DNA of 64,000 nucleotides from Strigamia acuminata (Eukaryota): NCBI GenBank assembly GCA_949358305.1, contig OX442314.1, positions 30,008,001 to 30,072,000 of the forward strand, read 5' to 3'. Shown piece by piece: positions 37,137 to 48,928 of this stretch (position 1 is its first letter; each line of letters starts with the position of its first letter). The notes under the pieces were generated by a model. It saw only the letters and a program-made list of their open reading frames with translations, ran no database searches and was not told where the DNA came from. The position numbers and the translations under genes were made by a program.

Positions 37137-38057
37137 ATGAAAATATTCTTCCTAAGCCTAACTTTGACATTTTGTCAAATAACTGCTGCTGCTGAAACGG
37201 TAAGAAAAAGCTTCTGCCCCCAAATTCAGTTAGCCTTCATTGCAGAGCATTCCCATTTACTGTTTTTCTATATTTTTCTCTTTAATTTATTTTACTAATT
37301 TCCATGTCCTTTGTCAACAGTGTGATGTAACGACGCGTGCAACAAACGCCCTGTGCAGTTATTTTCACATGAAACTACATCGAGTCGACTATACAGTAAG
37401 TTTGTTTTAAAGAAATATTAGAACAAAATACAACTAACGAAAAAATAATAATTTCTAATAGTTTTCCTATAAATTATGTCAGTGTATTCATGGCATCTTT
37501 AATCAATCGGTAATTACACAATCGCATTGCATGATTGATTCACTTCCGCTACTTGCCAAAAGTTGTCATTCTTAATTATTTTAGATAAAGCCATGCGACA
37601 GAGCCCAATATAACTTTACAGTTTTACCTCATTGCAACACTTTTATTAAATCCGTACGTGTCGCTATTTTTCCCCTTCATTTTTAGAATTAAAATAAATC
37701 ATTTATATAATTTTTAATTACAGGAAAACTACGTCAAATTTGCTGAGAACAAAATAATTCCCACTGCGATTAATCTGCTCTTTAGGGATGCAATTGGTGT
37801 GTGCTCAAAAACCCGCGACGAAGTTGATCGTGGTTTATATAATTTTTTCAAAGACGGTGCTCCTGCATTATTCATCCGTAAATAATTTAGTTTAATTTGT
37901 TTTTAAAGTCATATTTATGTGAAGTCTTTGTTTGAGTTTAGAAGCGTTAGTAACATCACTATTCCCTCAAGAAGAAGCTGTTGCATTCAACATGTGTTAC
38001 ACGCAAATTCGGCAAAATTTTCTAAATTTTTACAATGCACTTTTCATGATCAAATAA
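37137..38057 (+). CDS. Secreted 8-Cys protein subtype B copy 3 (174 aa, intact)
   Basis: Exons 37137-37199, 37321-37395, 37462-37509, 37585-37653, 37724-37877, 37942-38057. Ends QIRQNFLNFYNALFMIK*. Confidence 0.85.
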
Positions 38058-41000
38058 ACATTTCGGATACATGTTTATGTTTCATTCAGAGAAATTTAAT
38101 TAATGCTAAAATAAACAATAATATCTAGAGAATCAATCGTTTGAGTCAATAACCTCTTCTAAAAAAAAACATTTAGAATCGAAGTTGAGAATCGCAGTTG
38201 ATGTTCCATGTCTGCTAAAAATGCACGAGCTAAACACCGCACGGTGCCGCATGATCTAACCAAAACATGGCTGCCACTAACTTCCTTCTCAAATAAAAAT
38301 ATAAAATTATAAACACGTTTTTATTACTTAAAAATCATGGTATTTTTTATTACTTAACAAAATACCATGCAAAAAATATATATATATCTAAGGAGAGCCT
38401 GGTCCCGAATAAGGGCCCGGGCAACGATTAGCAGCCTGAAGGGTGGCGGCAAGCTAATCCCCTTACTCGATCATTTCACAAATTTTGCCGGGTCTGTTGG
38501 AATTATAAAATAGAAGAGAAATGCTCACGAGTAGAACTCAATCGATACAAACGTGGCTTATACTAAGTTTGGTTGGGGCCCCTAATGGCGGAGCGACCAA
38601 ACTGAGTAAACGCGCACTAATCGCGCACAAAAGACAAAATAATAACTCATGGCCAACTTGAACTAAATCTCCAATCTTTCGGCGTGTATCAGCGGCATAA
38701 AACGAACGAAAACAATAGGTCAACGAAAGGAAAGGAATTCTAAGATGACACGCGGAATTAAGCACGCGATATGACAATGAATATACTCAACACGCATAAA
38801 TCAATCGCATGGAGTCAATACTGTGAACTAACACAGGAGAAAGGTTGCCAAATGCTCAGGCCAACTAAGGCTCTTACTAAGCTCATGGACTTGTACCTTC
38901 TGATTGAATCTGGCTTGAAACAGCTCTGAAGTGAACTTGGGCCAGATCCAATACAGAATTAGAGGTAAAAGCCAATGAGAAAGCCAATCAGACGCGTACG
39001 TGAAGGATCATCACGATGACTAAGCGCGTGTGACTCAAACATTTAAATTAGGATGGATAAACTAAGTGAAATCAAGAGGGGTAACAGTGAGAAATACTTA
39101 ACTTAGACCAGTCTGATGTGGCACAGTTGAGCCACTCCAGACTGAGTCAAGGGATGAAAATGAATACAAAATGAGGTGAAAAGGTAGGCAAACTCAAATA
39201 TTAGGGTTAGGATTTATTAGGAGTTTAACAAATCAAACAATGATTAGGAACACGGAAAACGCGTACAAACACAAAAATTCGATGGGATTACAAGGCGCGT
39301 TAATGCCGGGCCGTGACACACCCCTCGGACGAGAGTGTTTTTATTTTCGACATCACTCTGAAAGCAAAAGATAATAAAAAGCGATACAAAATCAAATGAC
39401 AATTGGAATGATTGAAATCAAAAATTAAACAATAATGAGGCGCGAGAACTTATCGCGTGGACTCAACAACACAAGCAGGCGTTAAGCGCCGAAAACAAAA
39501 CAAACACACTACTAGCCCAAGCGCCAGGCCAAGAATGCACTAACTGCATCAAATCACTCGCGTAGAGATCTCGACGCTCAGACTATTACACTACAATAAC
39601 GAAAACTTAAGGTCGCGAAGAGAAAACAAAAATCAAAAACGCAAGGGTGAGGCGCGAAGCTTCGCGTGGACTCAACAACACAAGCGAATCAAATCTCACA
39701 CTTCAAAAATTTACACACGACCAAAAGACACAAATAAAAATATCACAATTAAGCAAAAAGTTCAATATCACTGGTATTGTTCAAATAAAAAATTAAAGTC
39801 ACGTTCAGAGCACACAGCAGAAGTCATTGTCGGGAAATTGTCACTTTCACTTAACTGGACGCGCCTCAGAACTCGTAGCCGGTGACGGCTGTTACAAGCT
39901 CCTTCATAAGCGTGATGGCGCGATAGGTGACAACGTCACCGAGTTGTTGCTCCGCGCGGGGGCGAAATTCCGTGAGGGTGTCGGCGATCAACTGCTGGAG
40001 CACACGCATATGTCCCTCTCCAAGCAAATGCACAATTGCGGCCACGTTTTCAGGCAGACCGAGCTCCTTCTTTATAATTAAATAAAAGAACTCACGCCAG
40101 CGAGTGCTATCGGCATCCAAATAAGTGTCCGTTCTCCAGCGCGATGGTGGCTCCCACTCAAGAGTGCCCATTGGGAAGAGCAAGTCGAAGTTGGCACGCG
40201 CCATGATGGTCTCAAAATACAACTCAAGTTCGCGGCATGAAACAAAATCACGCTTATGATGCTGGTCACTCACCAACTTCTGAATCGCGACGGTTAAATC
40301 CTCCGGTTGAGTAGCAAATGGGAGGTCTCGCTGGACTTGGCGGCCAGTGAAAATTGGCAAAAGCTGGCGACGTGGACGCGTCTCATCCTCCTCGTCATCA
40401 TCGGATAAATCCGGCAGACATTCGACTCCTCGCCCAGCATCGGTCAGGTGGATACGCAGATCGGGCAATTCTCCGACGTAGTCCATCGACTGCTCCAATT
40501 GGGAGGGTGAAGAACGAGGGATCATCCCTCCAGGAAATGCGGCTTCACGACGGCGAGTGGCCTCGTCGTGGCATCGAATCAACCACTCCATGTCGGTCTC
40601 GGCCCAATCGCGTACCAAGTCCACACCAAAAGGGGTCGCCATCTCATCCATCTCGCACTGAACCTGGCCGACCGGCAACAACGCAGTGGACAGGGCTGCT
40701 TCATCAACCGGCGGTGGCACCTCCACAATTTCTGGCAAAATCTCGGAAATTTCCACTCGAGACGGCAAAACCTCTGGTACACGCCGCAATGTGGGCACCG
40801 GTCTGCACTGGGGAACCATTATCCCCGAAGCAACGCCAAAGAAACGCGACGATTCACAGGCACTCGCAATCTCCACCTGCATCGAACGCTGGGCACCGTG
40901 CAGGAGGGAATCATCCTGCAGGCGGGAAATATCCCGTAGCAAATGAGCATTACGCTCAGCAATTAATCTCAAACGCTGATGCTCCTCAACCGATCGCGCA

Positions 41001-41553
41001 GCACCGACCACAACAGCAGCCTGCGGGTTATCCCGTCTCTGACGCGCCTGTGAATGAAGACGCGACGTGATAGGTGGCGGATTTCACGGCTGTCCTCGGA
41101 CCATCGGCGCCCATTGTCGGAAAAAGGATGGAAGTTAAGGCGTAACGGTGCCAGGCGCCATAACAAGGCATCCAATCGGCGGGTATTGCCAATTATGTGG
41201 ACGCACTCCCATCCTAGCGGCCCTCTGGATGGTATTCCGCCAGTGAGCCTCATGTTGAATAACGAAGCGGTTACAGTCAGATGCGGATCCCAGGAGCGGC
41301 TGGAAGATATCGGGCAGGACATAAAATGATATATCTCTCCCATCCGCCATCGTCTGTCCCAGGCAAAGGGCCTGCACGCGTCGCATCCATATTCTAAATT
41401 GAGCCCAACGCAGGTTCCCAAACCCTTCGCACGCGAAGCACTCATCCCCGCCATGGTGGAGGTGGCCCCAGCCCGAACAAACGGGGCAAAGTTCGCGATT
41501 CGGGAAGGCCCGACACATCGGATGGTCCGGGTGATAATCGGGCATGAGGACAG

Positions 41554-44500
41554 TGTTAGGTTATAATATTTACTAAAGACATTGTATATATTATTGTGTC
41601 GTATTATCAAGCAACTACGCTTGCTATTTGTTCCTTCTGTATATATGTCATTTGTATCTATACTTTGCGTTACGAGCATTTGCAGTGTTTACATTTGATA
41701 TGTATAACTTCTATATTGCGCCTATAGGTGGCACTTGTATACCTTTGGATCACGTGATTAGACAGATTAAACTCACTCTATGTTTAGCTTTTCACCTGCA
41801 AACACCTGGCTCTTTATTTGGGTTTTCCACACCACTGCAAAACTGGGCTTTTGCTAATGATTTTCACTACAAATCAACAAGGTTATGGGCCAAACAACGT
41901 GGGAAAACCCTGGAAAACAATTTGAAGTCATTTTCAACAAGTTGGAACCAATTAGAGGTGAAGAAATCAATTTCCTCTAATTTATTCAAAATGGCGGCGC
42001 CCACGAGAGAGGATGACAACTTGTGTTTATGCCGGGATTCCATGGATTTTCAAGCAGCAGAGAGTCACTAAACAATACAGGAACACTATCTGGGGTTTGA
42101 AAGATATTAAACCCATTAATTATTCGTTTTTCGTTTTCGAATTTTGGTTTTTTGGACGTTTTTCCGTGTCGCGAGGCGAAGCACGTATCGGCGACGTGTC
42201 GGCATTTACGCAGAGTAAACGTTTTCTTCGAGTGTTGGACAAGGACAATAATTTCTCGACAACCACACGTGAAGTGTGAACGAGAAAGAAGAAAGGAGAC
42301 ACAAAAGTGACGGAAAACAAGCGGATTCTTGCGACGAGACGACACCTGACTTCATGAACGAGTTTGTCAACGCGGAAAAGACATTAAAACGAGGCGAAAT
42401 CAACAATACAACATTTGGAAGAAAAGAACATTCTGTTTATTTCGAATTTATTTGTTTTGAATACAATTATTAGCTTAGAGTTGTGTGAGGATTAATACTA
42501 ACCTATACTAAGAGCGAACTAACCTCACAACACTGCACTTAGTTGTGAGTAACAGTAGGGAAAGTGTTTTTGCTAAAATTCAAAGTGAAGTTGTGTAATT
42601 TTCAACAAATTTCGGATCATCAAACAAGAGGAACAAGATGGATTCAGAAAAACCAGAGAGGAAAATCACCTTACTGAATAGAGAGAACTATGATTCCTGG
42701 AAACAACAGATAAAAGTACTTTTAATGCATCATGGTTGCTGGGGTTTCACCGATGGAACTGAGGAAGCACTGGCACCGGGAGCGTCATGGCGTGATCGCT
42801 CGGATTACAAGCTGCGAAAAGGACGAGCATTCAGCCTAATTTACTACTCGATCGAGGAGCAGTACCACGAACTGCTAAGCGGGATCGAAGACGCGAAAAA
42901 GGCATGGAACACGCTGAAGACAAACTTCGAACCAGTTTCGAGAGCGCGGATCATTCGTTTGTTGGACGAATTTTTCAGTTTGAAGTACGAACCGGCGACA
43001 GAAACAATTGGCGTCTTCGCTGCAAAAATTAGGAATGCGGCAAAGAAGTTAGCGGACGTCAAACACCAGTTAGCGGACTTAGATCAAGCTTTCCAATTAA
43101 TACGCTACTTACCACAAGAGTACCAATCGATTGTGCAAAATAACTACAGGTGGGAAGATGTTAATTTCACTTTGGAGAAAGTGGAAGCCGAGTTGGTTGC
43201 GGAAGGACGACTTGTGCAACAACGAAGGGATTCGGGCCAGGGGCCGATCATTGACGCTTTCAGCACAGGGCCAAATCCGACTAACTCCAAAAGCAATGAC
43301 AATTCCTCGAAATTCCAACAACAAGGAAACAGCAGTCAAAGTAATCGAGGATACCAAGGCGGACAGAATTACAGAGGCCGGTCGAATTACAGAGGTGGCA
43401 AAAACACAAGAAACTTTTGCGGGAACACAACCGGATCATCAGGACAGGGGCCGTGTTTTCGCTGCAATCAACCAGGACATTGGGCGAGAGATTGCACAGC
43501 CCAATTGCCACCAAACAACAACTTAAATACAAATAGTGTCGAGGAACTAGACGCTAACATGCTAGATGTCGGATTTTTGACCGAATTAGACAAAGAGGAG
43601 ATGCTGCAGTGCAGCACAGCGAATAATTGTTGGATATATGACACAGGGGCAACAGGACATTTCTGTAAAGAAAAAGACCAGTTTTTCAATTTCAAACAAA
43701 CCACTGGGACCATCAGCCAAGCAGATAAAAAGACATTAATCCAAATCCAAGGCGTCGGGGATGTCTGTGTGATGTGCGTCGTAGGGAAGGAAACGATTCC
43801 AATAACTTTAAAGAAAGTTTACTACGCACCGGATTTGAGAAGAAATTTAATGTCGGGACCGTGTATTGATGAAGCAAGATGCAAGGTTGCAATTGGTTCC
43901 GGAATAGTTAAGATTTATGATCCACAGTGGAGACGACAATTAATGCAAGCTGTGAAAAAGGACAGGCTATATTACATTCAAACAAGTGATCAGAAACCAG
44001 ATTTCGAGAAGTTGAGACAAAAACAGAACAACAAAGCTAGTGTTGGCGAACAACAGAAACAAGAGCCAACTGGACCAACAAAAACTGCATCTAATCCAGA
44101 AGAGGCCAGACTCTGGCACGAACGATTGGGACACATCCATTTTCCAAGCGTGCAACAGATGAGCAAGCGGGATGCGGTGATTGGATTACCAGTTTTAGAC
44201 GTCCCAATCACACAGTGTGATGTCTGCACTTTGGCGAAAAAGAAGTCGGTCTCGCACAAGTCAATACCTGGAATTAGATCGAAACAGCCACTAGAATTGC
44301 TGCACATGGATGTATGCGGAGCTTTTGGGACAGCAACGCTCTCAGGAAACAGATATTTCCTAACTATCACAGATGACTATTCGCGTTATTCAACTGTATA
44401 TCTGATGAAGAAAAAGGATGAAGTATTCGAGATATTCCAGAAGCACGTGAAACGGATAGAACAATTGCTCGGAAAATCGGTTCTAGCAATTCGAACCGAC

Positions 44501-47420
44501 AATGGAATGGAATTTTGTTCCAACAAGTTTGGAGAGTACCTCGAGGGACAAGGAATTGCACACGAGAGAACCAACGCGTACACGCCTCAGCAAAATGGAG
44601 TTTCTGAGGGGCTGAACCAGACTTTGGCGAACGAAATGCGTGCGCTTATCTACGATGCGCAATTGGAACATCGCTTTTGGGGCGAAGCAATCCTCACTTT
44701 CAACTATCTCAGAAATAGGATTGCCAAATTGAATTCGGACAAAACACCAATGGAACTATATTATGGTCGCAAACCATCGCTTCGACACCTGCGAAAATTT
44801 GGAAGTTTGTGTTTCGTGCAAAAGAAAATTCGAGAGGGCAAAATAGACAATAAGGAACTGCACGGAATTATGCTTGGCTATTCCCGGATAACAAAAGGAT
44901 ACAGGGTCTGGCTACCTGAATTTTCCAAAGTGATCGAAACCAGCGATGTGAAGTTTGTCGAGAGCAGGCGCGGAGTTGAAGGCGTGCTGGGCCTACCGGA
45001 GAGATACACGAGTTATATCGACAATCTGGACGATAACTTAGACAATGACAACGATCGCCAATACTACTCCGACGAGGATGTAAGGCCACCGCTACCTCCG
45101 CCGCAACCAATTAAGAAGAGAGAAGAAGAGGAGTTGCCTCCAGTTAAACTGAAATTCAGATTGCCGGATGAAAGACTTCAACCTAAGCCAAATATACCAG
45201 GAGCTGAAGCAGGAGTAAAACCACAAGGCGTTTTGCCACAACCATATCTTTTCAATCCAATACCTACGATACCTGATCTTGTTTGGAAGAAGACCAACTG
45301 GACAAAGAGACATTGAATATACCATCGAAGGATACGATAAGCCAAGATTGCGTTCAATCCCAGAAGTGAGACGTTATTGCAAGGATCACAATCTTCGTAT
45401 TCCCGAACACCTTTTCGAGGACAAAAGGAAGAAAAAGCCCTCCGAATCGAACGCAACTGCCGACAATTTCGACCTAGATCTGGACGATTTATCTCTTGAT
45501 TTTGAAGCCAATCATCTCGAAGTTCATATCCCTACACGCTTTGAGCAGATTGCTAATTTACCACAAAAGGAGGAATGGAATCAAGCGATGTCCGACGAGA
45601 TCGACACGATGCACGAACGTGACGTATGGGAATTAGTTCCACCGCCACCCGACACTAAAGTGATAGGATGCAAGTGGATCTACACAATCAAACGGAATGA
45701 AAAGGAGGAGATAGCCCGATACAAAGCAAGACTTGTCGCACAGGGTTTTTCGCAAATCTACGGCGAGTCTTATGAAGAAACTTTCTCGCCTGTGGTCGAC
45801 TTCTCCATCGTACGCTTCATGTTTACGCTGCTGGTATGCATGTTGAAGTGGTCCTACATTCAGGCTGATGTCAAATGCGCTTATCTCTACGCAAAGCTGC
45901 ACAAGACCATATATATGCGCCAACCGAAGGGATTTATTTGCAAAGGAAAGGAAAATTACGTCTGTAAACTCCTTCGTGCAATATATGGCTTGCACCAGTC
46001 AGGCAGAGAGTGGGGCATCGAATTGGAGGACACTTTATTGAGACTGGGACTGGAACATGTGAACTGGTGCAACTGTGTTTACAAGTTTGGAAACGTGGCA
46101 TATTTGATTGTATATGTCGACGACCTCGTTGTTTTCGGCAGGCAGTACGAAGATGCCATGAACGTCCTGAATATGGTTAAAACCCAATTCGAAGTTGCTG
46201 GGAGTGGAATTCCATCCACATAATCAACAGATGGTGTTGCATCAAAGATCTTATATAAATAAGGTCCTGCTCAAGTTTAAGAACCATCTGGAAATAGTCA
46301 AGATTAGATCGCAGCCGATGACGAAATCTACCGTTCTCATGAAGAAGCAGTGCCCAACCACGATAGATGACTTTAAACATATGGAAGGAATCCCTTACAG
46401 GAACTTGCTTGGATGTCTGGCCTTCATCGCATCGAGAACCAGACCGGACATCACGTATGCAGTTAACATACTGAGCCAATTCCAATCTAATCCAGGATGG
46501 GACCACTGGATCGTCCTACTGGATTTACTCAGCTATGTTAGAACAACCAAGAACTTAGGACTGATGCTTTTCCCGAATAATCGAATTGAAATTATTGGGT
46601 ACAGCGACTCCGATTATGCAAATAATAGAGACGATCGGATTTCCATTGGAGGGACCTTAGTAACTCTAGGCGGCGCACCAATTTATTGGAGAACTTTCAA
46701 ACAACGGAATGTGACGCTGTCCACAATGGAAGCCGAATATGTGGCCCTTACGGAAACGGTGAAGGACTACATTTGGATCGTCCGAGTCCTACACGAGATC
46801 GCCCCTAATCTTGCAGATCACTTCTACCACCGTGTTCTTTGCGATAATATTTCCACAGTAGATTTCACTAAATCTAACATCGAGAATCGCAAAACTAAAC
46901 ACATCGATATAAGATATCATTTCATCCGGGAGCTTGTTAGGAGAAACAACCTACAGATCTCACACGTGGGGACAAAGCATAATTTTGCAGACATTTTTAC
47001 CAAGTCTGTCGACAAGGTTGATCTCTTGCATTTTTGTAATCTTTTCCTTGTTGACATTTGTATGCTAAGCGCTTGATTATACGAGGGGGCCGATTGTTAG
47101 GTTATAATATTTACTAAAGACATTGTATATATTATTGTGTCGTATTATCAAGCAACTACGCTTGCTATTTGTTCCTTCTGTATATATGTCATTTGTATCT
47201 ATACTTTGCGTTACGAGCATTTGCAGTGTTTACATTTGATATGTATAACTTCTATATTGCGCCTATAGGTGGCACTTGTATACCTTTGGATCACGTGATT
47301 AGACAGATTAAACTCACTCTATGTTTAGCTTTTCACCTGCAAACACCTGGCTCTTTATTTGGGTTTTCCACACCACTGCAAAACTGGGCTTTTGCTAATG
47401 ATTTTCACTACAAATCAACA
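41554..47420 (+). mobile_element. Copia-2 LTR retrotransposon with MBD-like domain
   Basis: 326-bp LTRs at 41554-41879 and 47095-47420 look identical. TSD GACAG. PBS GGTTATGGGCC is of the copia half-tRNA-iMet type. PPT GAGGGGG. Confidence 0.95.
42638..47076 (+). pseudogene. Copia Gag-Pol with two frameshifts (about 45290 and about 46200)
   Basis: CFRCNQPGHWARDC, WIYDTGA, WHERLGH, RTDNGMEF, YVDD and ADIFTK spread over three consecutive ORFs. Confidence 0.9.
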
Positions 47421-48928
47421 GACAGGCCCCGTCTCGAAAAGTCGCGGCACAGGATGGGGGCAGACGTAACGTTCAAGCGCTTGTCGTTGTCGGCGCGTTT
47501 CAACATTAGTTTTGTTCTTGCCATTTTTTCCGCCCCGTGACAGGGTTCGCACTCCATTTCCTCGTCCAGTCATGATGGTCGGGACTCACGTACTAAATTT
47601 AGTCACAAAAGAAAAAATCAAAAAATTGAACAAAAACAACGAAAAACACCACTCGAGCAAGGGCAAACAATAAAAACATGGGCTAATAACGCGGATTATA
47701 AAAAATCAATCGATAAAGCTCACGTAGCAATTCATAACTTAACCAAAAAAGGTATTCGCAATTAAAAATCACCGAAGTAATGAAAATCGCGAAGCAAATC
47801 ACGTGAAACGGAATTACAACTAAAATCATCGATACACAAACGCGTAGTAGCCCAAAACAAAAATACATAATTGGGGAGAAAATATTAATCAATGCGTCTA
47901 ACAATAGCACAAAATCTTCGCAAAGATGTACAAAATTCATCACATTAATGGTGTCAAATCAAGAAGCAAACGTGAATCAAAAATAATCATCGCGTGCAAG
48001 CTCGTCACTTTGAAATGAGCAAACTCGAGAATTTGGCTAAGTCCATCTATACGCATACGGGTATCTAGCAAAGATGGCGGACATCACGTGACTTCAAGGA
48101 AAATTCCAAGAGCATGGCGACGCCATCTTGATTTTCGCAAAGTGAAACTAAACAAATATACAAAATCTTCTCAACAATAAAAAATACTCTGACAATTAGC
48201 GGCGAAGCTTTCTAAACTATATTAACGCGTTATACCGTCGAATAATAAACAAAAAACTAATCAAATCACTTCGACTCGCGTACGGGGAAATTTTTGCCCT
48301 AAATCGCCGCACTCAGAAAATACACATGTTGCTCGAGCGGTTGAAAATTCACAATCTTCACTCAAAATTTCAAGAATACTCACAATTAATGTAACAATTC
48401 AGGATAACGCGCTTTGGTGGAGTTCTCTGCTCAATTGCTGCTGGATTCGCGTTGAAAATGTGTGGAACGCGAAGACACGATGTTAACCGTGTTAGGTCGC
48501 GAATACAATATGGCTGCCAGACACTGATTGAAAAGTGAGGTCATTGGTCAGCTGACACCTAGACACTCCGGCGCCATCTGTCGTAAACCAGACCACACAC
48601 GCGCAAACAACAACGAGCATGAAAAACAACACCAAACGCTTACAAATATCAAAATAAATCGAAATAAAGTCGCGCCTACATCTCAAATGGAAAAGAATGG
48701 AGTTTTAACTCCGCATCTCCACCCGAAACGTCGACGAAAAAAACCACAATTAGTAGAAAAGTTTCGAAAAACCAGTAATTAGTAAAAAATACACCAAAAA
48801 ACCCAACAAACACACTCATTCCAAAAAGACAAAAAATTTACAAACACCAAAACTCTGCTAAAAATGTAAACAATGCTAAAAAATGGATTAATATTAGAAA
48901 AAACACTTTAAAACATAAAAGAAGGTAC

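Larger units (their letters stand above)
39866..47573 (-). pseudogene. Gypsy-2 accessory gene (about 611 codons), split by Copia-2, with two in-frame stops
   Basis: 47573-47421 joins in frame to 41548-39866 after removing Copia-2 and one GACAG. Stops at 41137-41135 and 41086-41084. Begins MTGRGNGVRTLSRGGK and contains CPVCSGWG and CFACEGFG. Confidence 0.7.

Noticed and set aside
40969..42071. ORF-track calls crossing the Copia-2 LTR boundary (40969-41679, 41628-42071)
   Set aside because: Chimeric readings across an insertion junction or within the LTR; the true upstream sequence is at 47421-47573.
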